NCBI GenBank assembly: GCA_000934665.2
Contig: KZ538643.1
Location: forward strand, 1-57,018
Length of the DNA stretch: 57,018 nt
Reading direction: 5' to 3'
Source of the DNA: Catajapyx aquilonaris
Lineage: Eukaryota
Positions 39,801 through 52,700 of this stretch are shown here, in pieces. A program made the position numbers and the translations under genes. Positions within the stretch are counted from its first letter, which is position 1, and each line of letters begins with the position of its first letter. The notes beneath the pieces are model-generated. The model saw only the letters and a list, made by a program, of their open reading frames with translations, did no database searches and was not told the DNA's origin.

Positions 39801-42800
39801 GAGAAATATGCAGACAGGTCTCCCACCTGACACTGCTGAGGTCCTTGTCGGATAGGTGATGAGGACTTCGGTCTGGACTTTTTTGAAGAAGTCTTGTTAC
39901 CATCTGTTGATTTACTGTCCTCTACTGCCCCTGCAACAAGATGTGGGATTTTTGAATATTTCAGGTACCTGTGATAATGTAACCCACTCAATCCCATCTA
40001 CAACTTTCATTCTGTTTACACACTTGCAAATGCACCTATTTTAAATCAAGGACATCTCTGCATAAAAATTTATAAAAATTTCAAGTTTTAAATACCAGAA
40101 GGTCAAATACAGTCATAAACAATGTCCTCCAAGTGTGTCCGATTCATAACAGCCATGTATAATTACTGTACATCAAATGCTCTTAAACAAGTCTGGCAAT
40201 TCAGCAGCCCAGTGTAATAATATGCAATGTGTAAGCATGATGGTAAATCACAGTCAAGTACAAAATAATGTCTGTGGCCAGTCTTAGCACTCTCTCCATA
40301 GACACATTTTATCAGTAACAATGCAAGAGCTTGGCACATTTTGTACCTCAAATTTAGCACCATTACCTATTCAATAAATACATGCTTCTCATGTCAATTG
40401 GCACAGTGACAGTTTTAATGCAGGTTTCAAGCTCCATTAGGCCAGGAAATAATTACATTCTGTGTGAAGGCCACAAGGAAATGAGGTCCCCTTTTAGAAA
40501 CAACAATCCCCTTGTATTTGAACCTGCATGTCCCCCTTTTTGTGCAATCGAATCCAGCCAGGATTCCATTATGCTTCTGATTCACGAGAGAACATCATTA
40601 ACTTCTACTTGCACTTCCTGAGAAAACAGCCATTTCATTCAGGATCTAATGGAAAAATCAATACGATATGAGTTGCTGCTACTCTACAGGAAAGTTTCCA
40701 GTTGGCTCTGGCTGATGGTTGTGGAGGTGGAAGAGTAGGAAGAGAATCCAATCGGACTTCATCATTTGCGTCTTCCAAAAGGACTGCTCTCTCAACTCAT
40801 CACTATCATCTTTATTAATGAAGAATATGGCATCCATTTCTCTGGGGCCGCTTAGTGTTCGAAAGGGAAACAATGGCAGGGATTGGCCAAAATGCTCTAA
40901 TGCATCCAACAATTCCTCCTCCCTTTCCTTCTTACTCACTCCCTCAAGCTACAGGGTGATACATGAATCCGTCCAAAGTACCAGATTAGGATGGTTTTAA
41001 CTCATTAAATTCAGCTACAACTCCAGAGCTATGTTATGGGTGCTTCACGAACCCTTCTGGTGACTCCACTCTTAACCCTGGAACCGTGACGTGGGGACTT
41101 TCAGGATCTCAAAGGAATTAAAATGCATTAAAATTATAATTACAATGAACTGTTGCCATTTTTTAAAAGCATATAACAGGAAGTGCATGTTTATTTTGAA
41201 TTAGCGATCACTTTAGGCATTGTTCAAAGAATTATTGCATATAGTCGATACATTGAAAAGTATTATATAAAAATTAATTATAATTAAAATATGGATGGGG
41301 TCCTAAAAGACCCCACGTCACGGTTAACTTAACTTTCAGGCACGTCACGGTTCCAGGGTTAATATAAATAACTTGGGGTGGGGATAGGGAAATTTCTTTA
41401 ATAACACTGAGACATCAACACGAGCATACAACGTGGAAAGTTGTGTTTACCTTTTGGGCTTATTACACTATCAATATAACTATTAAAATAAATTGCTACA
41501 CTGTACCGGTATCGCCAAGATATCTGTAAATATCCCCATGTTACAGAAACAATTACTGTATCAATTTATACGCTCTACTTCACCCTAAGCTCGTTATTTT
41601 TATTATTATCGCAGCTTCACCTCATTAGAACCGATACGACCCTTCACCTTTCTCGTGTCAGTCGGCAACCAAAATAAACATCACGGATCTCGTCACTCGT
41701 CTCAGCCTTTCCTGACATAACCCATCTCCAGGAACCACAAACCGTTTCATCCAGAAGATATACCCACTTACATCCCAACAACTCCACTTTGAAATCAATC
41801 CCCCACGCCATTTCGGGTAGTAAATCATACATATGCCGACAGAAATAGTAGCCTGTCCAATCTCCCACTAAATGTTTCATCAGGCCCCCCAAAAAATGTT
41901 ATAGGCTCATCCAGACAAATAAGTAGTATTGTAGGCATGGGTCGATNNNNNNNNNNNNNNNNNNNNNNNNNNNNNNNNNNNNNNNNNNNNNNNNNNNNNN
42001 NNNNNNNNNNNNNNGGGGGGGGCCCCCCCCCCCCCCCCCCGCTTACACAACACGTAACTCCAGGTACTTTCCTTGCACCCCACCACCACCATTCTATTCC
42101 CATCTATTTACGGCCTACTGATGTCACATAGCCAGCTTCACGTGGCCCACTATGCGAGAGACCAAAATTGTTCCGCCCACAAGATTTGCTTTACATTCCT
42201 TGGCCCAACACAGATTCAATTCCTCCTCATTAAATCCTTCGCTTCTACCGCCGTCAAGGCTGACACTCAAATCCTTCCGAAACATGCAAGGGGATGAAAT
42301 GAATCGATAAAGCACATCTTTACTCAGGGCCGTGTTTAAATATGCAGTTGTAAAGGCGTGATTCGTTTCACATCCGATGTTATACGCACCCCCTCTAAAA
42401 CCATCTCCGAGTTTTGCCCTACTAAGTACCTACTGGTTTCGCTGATATTATTGATGAAACCTGGGAATGTGAATGACGTCACAATGGGTAACAATGAAAG
42501 TAATAATTAAAGGCTTGTGGTATCACTACCATTCCCCAGGTTGCATCAATTATAGCAAATCCCTGACAGTGTGCTGGGAGGGAGAGAGGGAGAGAGAGAG
42601 AGAGAAAGAGGACAACAGATTTTCCATCCAGTAAACATCGATGTATTTTGTTACTCTCCGCGTCCGGTGAAACTCTGCCTGGCCACACTTTTATCCGCCA
42701 GGTCCAAAACCTGGGGCACTGTATTCTGGAGACCACAAAGAAGAAACTTATTTTGAACAATATTATGTTCCGACAGGAAACTCCATTTTGGTCGGCCAGG

Positions 42801-45176
42801 TTCTGTAGTGCTCCGAAGTCGAAATGGGGAAAGTGATACCTCGACCCATTCCACTGTTTTCATCTCCGATGGGGAAGAAGAAGAAGAGAGAGAAAAAAGT
42901 TTTCCTATCCCGCTTTTGTTGGGAAAATGAAGCTGGCAGCCCGAAACATGCGTGTTTACGTTGTAACAGAATGCTACGGGGCCGGCCAAAACTCCGGCCA
43001 TTTTTCTCTTCTCCTCAAGGTCAAGTCAAATAAAACGTGAAACAAACAGTAGCGGATTATATATCCCCCCCCCCCCCTTGCTCTCTTTTTGCATACGCAT
43101 GTGACCCTGTGGGTATAACGAAAACCTGTCCGTTGAAATATTATTCTCCATCATCGGACAGCTCCTGAACAGGCCCGTTGTAAGCAAGAAAGTTAAACAA
43201 ACTGCAGTGTGTTTCCATGGTGGCTATAATCGTAGTTTTACGTTAACCATTCATGCAACCAGCCATAACCCTATTTTATGCATAATACCTATAGTATGCT
43301 TCACTACATAAAAATATGCATCGACTCCCTCATAACTGCTGTAATATACTGCACACAAGTATTGACAGAATTCTGAAACACTAACAGGAACCGCAGGCAC
43401 AGGCAAATTAAAAGGTACAATATTATGGCCTCCCTCTCCACAGGTCTGCACCTCTGTTCGTCACGTCGCTTCTACAAAAAAAAACTTTCGCCTTTCTGTA
43501 CTTGAGGGCAATGACGAAATAAAACCTGGGAGCAGGTCAGCATGAAACAGCCTGAAGGGTGGGGGGGGGGGGGGTCACTCAAGCGTGACTGCAATATATA
43601 TGATGGCCGGGAAATCAAAAAAGCCACACAAAAAAAAACAACGTGAAATAATTAATGGCCAGTCCCCTAGCAATAATTTACCGGGCGCAGTTTCAGTTTA
43701 CATTTTGAGATTTCCTGCGGTTAACACTTAGCGTGCATGAGTACTATAGCTTGACATAAAATTAATTACAACAGTTTGTAGGGATTCACTCAGTGGCCCT
43801 GCATATTTAATACATTTTACGATTCGCATGTTATGTGTACAGTACATGTGGCTAATGTGCGCCACCGCCATTTGGTTCGGCTGCCCAGTTTTAAAACTTG
43901 AATGAATTCATAACAAGCTAAGTACTCTCGCTATAATAATTCAGCCTCAATTACGACATCGCAAGTACCAATAGAGGGTGAGAAAGTTAGCAACCACCCT
44001 TCCCACCCCAGAATCAGGACAAGCCTCCGCAAAACTTGAATTTCTGAAACTTTGCTGAAACAGCAATGCCTGGTTATGACGTCAGGACGGTACAGTTCCT
44101 CCCTCCGGCTTCTATACACAGTCTCTACAGGATCATCCTGTCGGGAAGGTCTGACGTCCACATTCTAAACCTATACCATTCAGACGTCTAATTATGAAAG
44201 TTGACGTAACGGAACCCTTCCCCTCCTCCTACAAGTTACGCATGCTTCTTCCTCTCCTCCTTCAAAGTAATCCGAGTCGAGGTACACAACTGGAGCAACA
44301 AGCTACTTTTGACTAGACTCTAGAGACGTATGCGCAACCAGATCAATTTGAAGCAGGCCAAGGAGGAAGCGGAAATGTCTGACGGCGCTAGCTGTTCAGA
44401 CCACCAAAAATATGTTGCTAAAAAGACACGTGCTACGTGCTGAAATTTCTCACCTGTGTCGTTGTCACCAGGCATGCCCAAACTGTCCGAGTTGTCATTG
44501 ATGAACGCTTCTGTTGAGCTGGTGAAGGTCTGAGGCGATAAGGTCAGGTCGTGGGCACTCTCCGAGTCGAACAGATCGAATGTTCCACTCCCGGTGTTGC
44601 TTCCTGGAGAATTACAGTAAAGGAGGAGTGGGCGTCAGTTTTGCGACTTGCTTGGACAAGATCCGATCACCAGATTGGTATAAAAATGTTCCACCAAGCA
44701 TGCGTCTTTTGGGATTCGCATCCCTACATATATATATACACACGGTGTTCTTCAAGGTGCGCACGTCCTCTTGTATCTTTTGAAATTTCACGTTCGAATT
44801 ATTGCTCTAGTTGATGTCAACGGCGATTTCGGATTCATTATAGGGAGATAAGAGCTTGTTAAGTTTAGTATCCTCATACAGATTGTATGAACGCAAGTTA
44901 AGGAGAAAATCTCGGATTTTGACGGATTATGTATAGTGAATACATACACACATTATATTATCCCTCATTTGCTTTCATATACCACCATTATGTTGGTAAT
45001 GTGGTCCGTATTACCGGTAATGCGACCCGCCCACCATCAGTGCTTTACTGGTTACCTGACGCGCAGGATGAATCCTGTCAGTTGATTGGTATTATCACCT
45101 TAACATATTATCTCCGTAAAGAGTCCAAATTCGCCTAAATCAACAACGATAATTTCTTCGTGGAATGTCGCAAGGT

Positions 45177-45265
<89 letters not shown>

Positions 45266-48200
45266 TGTTGGGGTAGTGCTCACCCAGAGGGTATTCGCAC
45301 GGATCTTTATTTCAATCGAAGTATACATGGTGCCATATTCGAAGCGCCCGGGCCCACGGGCAGGATGAGAGGAGGGGATGTGAAGTGCAGTGCAGTAACG
45401 GTGCTTGGTCGTTTTGTGGACTCCCCCGGGTGGTTTAGTCTGTGGATATACCACCCGAGACGAAGCCAGAGACGACCCCAGAACTCTGCACGAGATGAAG
45501 GGGGTGTCCCCGGGCTGGGATCGAATCCGGGACCTTAACATCCGTGGGCGCGCACGTTACCGCGGCTCCACTCCGTCTCCCCTCGCAAGGTACATTAATA
45601 AAATAGGAACACTCCAGAGTCAGGGACAATGTAATCGCACGCGGATTTGGGGAAATATGCCTGCTTCCACGCTGATGTGTATCATACATGCAAGTGATGA
45701 TGTAATGGGTAAGGAACAATAAAGATCTGTACTGACATATAATTATATTCTATGCTACATATGCACACGAGAGGGACAGTAAGGTTATTGCACGTGTTAC
45801 GGACATTACATAATTAAAAGAGCCTTACAGGAAGGGATTTACTACATTATACTGTATGAAATTCCTGCGAATTATATGAGGTTGTGACACTTTCTTACGC
45901 AGGGTCCATTTCCAGAACAGTGTTTTCATATTATAACTAATTGACTAGTAGAACATTTTTTTTCATTACCCCACGGGGAGAGCTATCTACTCCTTAGGGG
46001 GGGGGGGGGGGGATTGCCACCATTGGTAGTTATTTGGAGCGTGTTAAGAGAATCTTATTAATTACTCCAAGGGTTGGTAGGAGGGGATGTGCAAAGTGCA
46101 TGTGCGCTGTCGTTGAGTGGTCATTTTGTGAACTCCCCCGGGTGGATTAGTCTTTAGGAAATTTCCACCCGAAATGAAGCCAGAGATGGCCCAACTCTGC
46201 ACGGATAAAGGTGGGAACCCCGGGTGGGGATTGAACCCGGGACCTTCATATCCGTGGGCGCACGCGTTACCGCGACGCCCCTTCATCTCCCTGTAGAACA
46301 ATATATTTTCTCCTACAATAAAATTTTTCTAACCCCTGCCATGTTGACATTATCGTGGAATTGCTCTCTATATAACACCGTAATCACCAACCACAAGAGG
46401 GGGCAGATCCCAATTATTACTGTGCAGTACACTACAATCATGTAGGGCTACTGTACGTTAAGCTGTAAATGTGGTACCCTGCAATACGACCAGGTGATAT
46501 GTGACACCCAACATTTCAGAACATACAAGTAGCTTCGCCATCTCACTTTCTGAAATATGACCTGCATTAGCCAGGTAAATTGTGGCCTTAAAATATTCGG
46601 ATCACGGACCTTCCCACATTTAAGCCAAATATGAACTAACTGGCTGAGGAAGGATGGGGTGGAAGAAAAAACTACCTAACCCCCCCCCCTTTCCCCCCCT
46701 CCCCTCTCCCGCAATCCAATAAAATCCTAGGACAGTGATAATATGCATACAACATTGCTTACTTTTTCCCGGGGGGGGGGGGGGGGGGNCGTCGAATACT
46801 CTCGATAGTGGTTCTACAAAACCCACACCACCATGCATTCATAATACCATAATTAATATCACCTCCCTCCTCTCCCCCATTTCCTTTTTGTGTCGGACTG
46901 ATCCCGAGCGGGAATCAATTCGCAAATACTTTCAATCATTCATGAAAGCTCATCGTGTGCCAGCAGAGTGGACGGATCGGTACTGGCAACGAATCGGGGA
47001 AAAACAACCATGCACTGCATGCCCTGCTTTATTACGCATTTCATAGCGCAAAAATATTTCAAAGCAGGATTGCAGGATTGGTGTAGTGGTTAGCCCCACG
47101 GCCTTTTCACCTCTGAGGTCTCGAATTCGATCCCCGGATCGGACAGAGGATTCTCATGTGAAAATAGTTTCGATAGGTTTCCGTATTCGTATATGGGTTT
47201 ACTAAGGGTTCTCCTTAAAATCCATCACTGAGCAGTCAATACATATAAAGACCCGCGGGTATTGAAAAGATGCCCCTAACAGACCACAGGCCTATCACGG
47301 GCTAACCATTTATGATTATAAATATTTCAAAACAGAATGTGGCACAGGGAGTTACGCTCAACTAACTCGGGGTCGAGCAAACAAAGGCTATAGTGTTGTA
47401 TGTTGTCACTCGATTTGATCTGCGCGAATTAACGCAGAAAATGATGGACACAGAAATAGCCTTTGATTCCCTGCCCATTGACATTCGTCAAACAGGTCGT
47501 TTACCACATCTGGTTTCGGAGTCAAGATATTCGGAGAGAAATTCGACAGCGAAAACCTGCCTGCCTGCACAACACTGTCTATATAACGGAATGAATATTG
47601 CATATCCCAAGTTTGAACTTAATCCGTCCACATACCTTTTCCCCACATTCACACATATGAGGCAGTAGCCCCATTTTCGTTGGCCTCGGTGCAATGCGTT
47701 TTCCCGCATTTGCAAATCCCACGACAGAGGAAGCGGAAAAAACATTTTCTCTACAAAAAACGAAAGCACTTGGCAGAAGTGATGGCCTGCAGTTGTAGTC
47801 TTTCCTGACATGCGAATGACACACTACATTTGGGGTGCATGTTGCTTTCGCATACTGCGTTCTTGCAAGCGGCTGACAGTCTAAGGCTATAAGATGAAAT
47901 GGGGTAAAGCCGTGCACTTTTGTGACATATGAACTTTAGATGAACACTCAGAAAAAATATTGGTTTGTAATAAGTTGCTTCTACCTACAGGTGTCAAGGA
48001 AGCATGTCATGCCAACGTGACGGCTTGCGACCATTTTAAAACCCAGATATACAGGCCGTACAGATTTGCTCCATTTCCATCTCTTAAGGTATAATATTAT
48101 ATGTAAAAGAAATATTATACTCAATAACTACGCCATTCCAACTTTTTGCACACTCAAGCGTACGGTCTATGGTGCAGATGTAGGGTAACACACTCTTGAC

Positions 48201-49675
48201 GAGAGTTACGACTTTCGGTACCGTTATACTGCTGTGGTCAAGGCTACAGGATACACACAATATTATACACATTACACACACTATATTTACGTATTGTACC
48301 TCAGGATATATTGACAGCATCAAATTCCAACTTGCGCTTTTACATCCTTCAAGTGAGAAGAATCGGTATATAGGCTACAGTATTATTGTAAGATTTTAAG
48401 AACGACGTGAGCACTCGCTAGACTTTCTATTTCGACCCGTCTATAAGCAGAATGCGTCCCTCACGGATCTACAGCGTCGTCTGAGAAAATACCCTACGGA
48501 TAGCATGATACAAAAGGCCCCAAAGGCCGCAAATAAACATCCCAGACACGTCACCCTGGAACTCACTGCTGCCGACATAATTTCCACATAAAATGTAAAA
48601 TTATCCCTAGATAAGGTTAACTGAGGACTAATTAGATTTGGTTAGGTATGTAACTGGGTTAGAGTAACAAAAGTGCGATTAACTCCGCTGCACTGAAATC
48701 CAAACTTTTCTCGAGACGAAAGGATGGTTTGCCAGATATTGAGCCAGTACAATTTTTAATAACTACTGTCAAAAATGTCCTATCAGTAATAAATAAAAAC
48801 CATCGTTTTGGCATTCAAATTAATCCAAGTTGGCCCGACTCTAAACCATTTTCAAGTCACACTTGCATTGTCTTGCAGGACATCCCATGACATCCACAGA
48901 GCACTCCGACATGTTGGCAACATTACCGCACCCTACTTCTGCATCAACGTGTGAGCAAAATGACGCTTTTGGGCACACTGCCGCACCGGCGTTGACCGAA
49001 ATGTCACTAACATAGTCCCCTTGAAAAATTTTTTAAAAAAACTCCCCGAGAAATATTCGTCTGCTGTCACTCCCTGTCTGCATCCCGTCCATGCATTTGG
49101 TGACCCATTTTTGCAAATACATCCGTATGTTAAAAACCTATCAAGCTTGACCCCTCCCTTTTCGGCGCGCACAAAATGAAAAATTCCGGACAAACGACTT
49201 CACAAGGGGGGGGGGGGGGGGGGCCCNNGGGGGGGTGTCCGCGCTTGACGAATGCCCTCCCAAAATGCGATCTGGGTACCGGCAACACATCCTTTTGAAC
49301 GTCGCCGGAGCTGCCTTTTGAGACAGCCAAATAAATCGAGTTGGCGCCAACTACTCATATTCCGCGGCCTGGCATTTCCGACATTAATCGAGCAAAAGGG
49401 AGGATGTAGTCAGCATCAAGAGAGAGGCGGATAAATATAAATTGAGTCCAAATATGGGCGTGTCATAAGGTTTCGTCGCGCGCAACTCGTGTATCGCTAA
49501 TTTTGGCAACATTGCATATCCCGAAGGATTCTGCCAATTTCCCCTTTTCCACCACAAAAAATCAAACCCAGCTTTAATTGCCCAGCTCCGGATACTGTGT
49601 TCGTAAAGAGATTCGAGGGACGTATTAATCTGATTCTGGAGCTCAACCAGTTCCCAATGACGTTATTGGATTCTT

Positions 49676-49713
<38 letters not shown>

Positions 49714-52700
49714 AAAAAGGTAAGAGGGGACCACGAAGGGGAATCTCTTTATCCGTAATTTATTTCCCCGATGGGATGATGATGAGACTTGGTAGTTGGA
49801 ATTGCGGGTTCAAAAGACCCCCCCCCCCCCCCCCCNCCCCTTCTTCAAGCAAAAACCAAGTACTGCTGTCAGATATAATAATATTCACATAACTAAAGGA
49901 TTCCTCTCTGGTGCAACCTTGACGTTCAATTCGCACAATTTCGCAAGTACACGCACCGTATGTTTTCTTCATTTTACGCTGCTTGGCGCCACCAGCATGC
50001 CCCTCCTATAGCAAAGATTTTGACCGATATTTTGCCCTAGCAGCAATCAATTTGTTCCGAATCAGGTGCAGTGTTCTCTATAACTGCTCAGCTGGATGAA
50101 ATGACGATAAAACAAGGCCAGTCTTGTTTTTCCCCCCGGAAAAGTTGTATACTACCTACTAGTCGAACTGAAAATTACATTGACTTCCAAGTTACCTGCA
50201 TTCTGTGAAGCGATTGCCAGAATGCATACGACAGATGTATGATACAGAGTTTACCAGCTATAGATGCAGTATATGCAACAGTCCAATTTCACAACTTTTT
50301 TTTGCGGCGTTTTCTCCCATGCTCTCCAAACTATTGCATGTTATTTCAACACATGGTTTTTAAAAAAAACCACTCGGCGAGATCTATTAATACATAATGT
50401 CAGTAAAAAGCTCGCGGATGATCTCTTTCACTCTCTTCTACCTGGTAACTTTCTAGTGTGGTAGTTACACCAAAGTTGTGCAATGCCTCTACTTCAAATT
50501 TCGGATTGTTTGCCCCAGAAACCAGAGAATCGAATAAGATTTTGGTGCAAATGGAACGTGGCAGTGTGTGCTAAGAAGTTAAAGCTAGTACTGCAAACCA
50601 GGGATATAAGGGCTGAAATACTGGGATGAAAGTGCTGCGGATTTGCGATTTTTTAAGTATCAAATACTGGCCACAGAAGGCGCCGGCGCCGGGAACCTCA
50701 TGTATACAATATCATGTAGTACAGTACCAATGTCATAAAAATAGCAATAACAATCCCTTCAGGTTTACAGTGCCTTCTGTGGCCATTTGATACTTAAAAA
50801 AGTGAAAATTCGCAGCCCTTTGCCCAAATATATCACTTCTGTATCTCTGGTTTGCAGTATTGTATACAAGTATAGCTCTCACTTTTCTAGTACACACCAT
50901 CAAGTACCATTTGCACCAAAAATCGGGGTGAAACAAGCAAAATAGGTGTCATAGAGATTACCTATCTTACTTGATGACATTCTTTCTACCAGTATACGGA
51001 TCTGAAACTCTGCCTTTGGTTAACCCGGTATATAAAATTCAACAGTCTGTACCCCCAACTGACCTTTTAAGTCAACATTTGATTTTCGAGTGATTGGTGA
51101 TGCAAGCCCAAGCCTTTCCTTGACTGATTCGAATTCGAGGATTTGGTCCCATGGTAGAAGTCTGACGCCATCAATGCAGGGTTTATCGCTCTCTTTTTTT
51201 CTGACATCACCATTAGGAAAAGCACAGCGAGTGAGCGACACTCACACAAAATGGTGGAGGGAAAAATCGCTTATGACGCCATTCCGCCATGAAATAATAA
51301 TTTATTGATCTTCCAGTATACCGCGCTACATCCTACAGCATAATAATCCACACTGACTTAAACACCTGGTAACACCTATTCAAGCAGTTAATTAATATGC
51401 AATTTCAGCGACCCGTGATAACACGTGCTTACTCGTAACCATTTTCCATAAGGGAGCATTGGAGCCTACTTGCCTACCAGACAAAGTGTGCACCTGATTA
51501 CGCAAATGACCAACCCCTCGGGTTCAGTTTTTTCCCGACTCTGGATGTGCTCATGGTGTTATGATAACGTTACACTCCACATCATATCGTCGATTTCGAA
51601 TACATGAGCCAATTTCCTCTAATCAGCACAATTAATAAACCGATTAACGTAGATACAGTGCAAAATGTACGAATCCACATGTACTGACGTAACAACACAC
51701 AATTAAATTAGAAATTATCACCAGAAAAATGCACTACTAGAAGATAAAGCTATTGCACTGTAGTCCTTGTACTGTGCTTGCCAAATAATTCGACATAACG
51801 ACGTGCGGAATATTGTATTGCAAAGCTGGCGATAGGTAGATTTACATCATTTACTGGAAATCTTAAAACAGTGTTCCAACTGCAATATATTGTCTATAGG
51901 TCAGTGCTTCCCAAACTGTGGGTCGCGAGGGAAGGTAACAAATTATATTTTTACAAAATTATCTCTGGAAAAATATGCCGGTAAACAAGACGATGTGTTA
52001 ATTTAGCGATTATTGTCAATGACTATACCACTGAGGAGGAGTAGGCTTGAATTGGAAGTGGGTGTCGCGAATTTTACGAGACGATTTTCTGTGGTCGGCA
52101 ACGAAAAAAATTGGGAAGCACTGATCTAGGTGATTAGAGAATTTTGGCATTACACTTGTATAATTACTTTTAGTGATTATGAAAAGTGTCATCTGCGAAT
52201 AGGGAGCTATAAACTATCGTCATTCCATTGCCCCCATAGAGTTCAACTTTGGGCGAGTGCTGATGGTTGCATATGGCTATGATACGTTTGGACGAAATGT
52301 TGTTTTGACGGGCAACACAAAGAAACCAAATTGTTGTCTGGCAACAACAAACCAGATACAGTTTTAAATTAACATATTAATTATTTGGCAGCAGCACTTG
52401 AATAGCGCAGAGAAAACTTTTGCGATGACTATGCAACACTCGATGGCAAATCAATATGTCGGTGAAAACAGTTTCCTTGTCCAAATTAAAGCTTATAAAT
52501 ACAGGGTGATTACAAATGAATAGTATAATTACAAATGCATATAGCTCCGTACCTATCAACCGTACATGAACGTGTTATACACCAAATGAAAGAGGAGGTT
52601 TTAAAGTTTTTTTCATGCCTTATAAATGTTCTATATGATTTCCCTTGGTCACTCGAGAAACGTCGATCCGATAGTGCAATTCCTCCCATACTCGTGCCAG

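Noticed and set aside
39931..39968. Upstream alternative acceptor TTATCACAG for exon 3
   Set aside because: Adds 38 nt and breaks frame with the phase-1 donor of exon 2
41946..42040. PolyG/polyC runs (also near 3417, 46770, 49206, 49818) as G-quadruplex elements
   Set aside because: They sit against N bases, so length and sequence are unreliable
45140..45541. PolyIle ORFs here and at 17229-17483
   Set aside because: Translations of SINE (ATT)n tails
47579..47917. PHMCECGEK zinc-finger-like peptide
   Set aside because: No His pair and no splice context; likely chance
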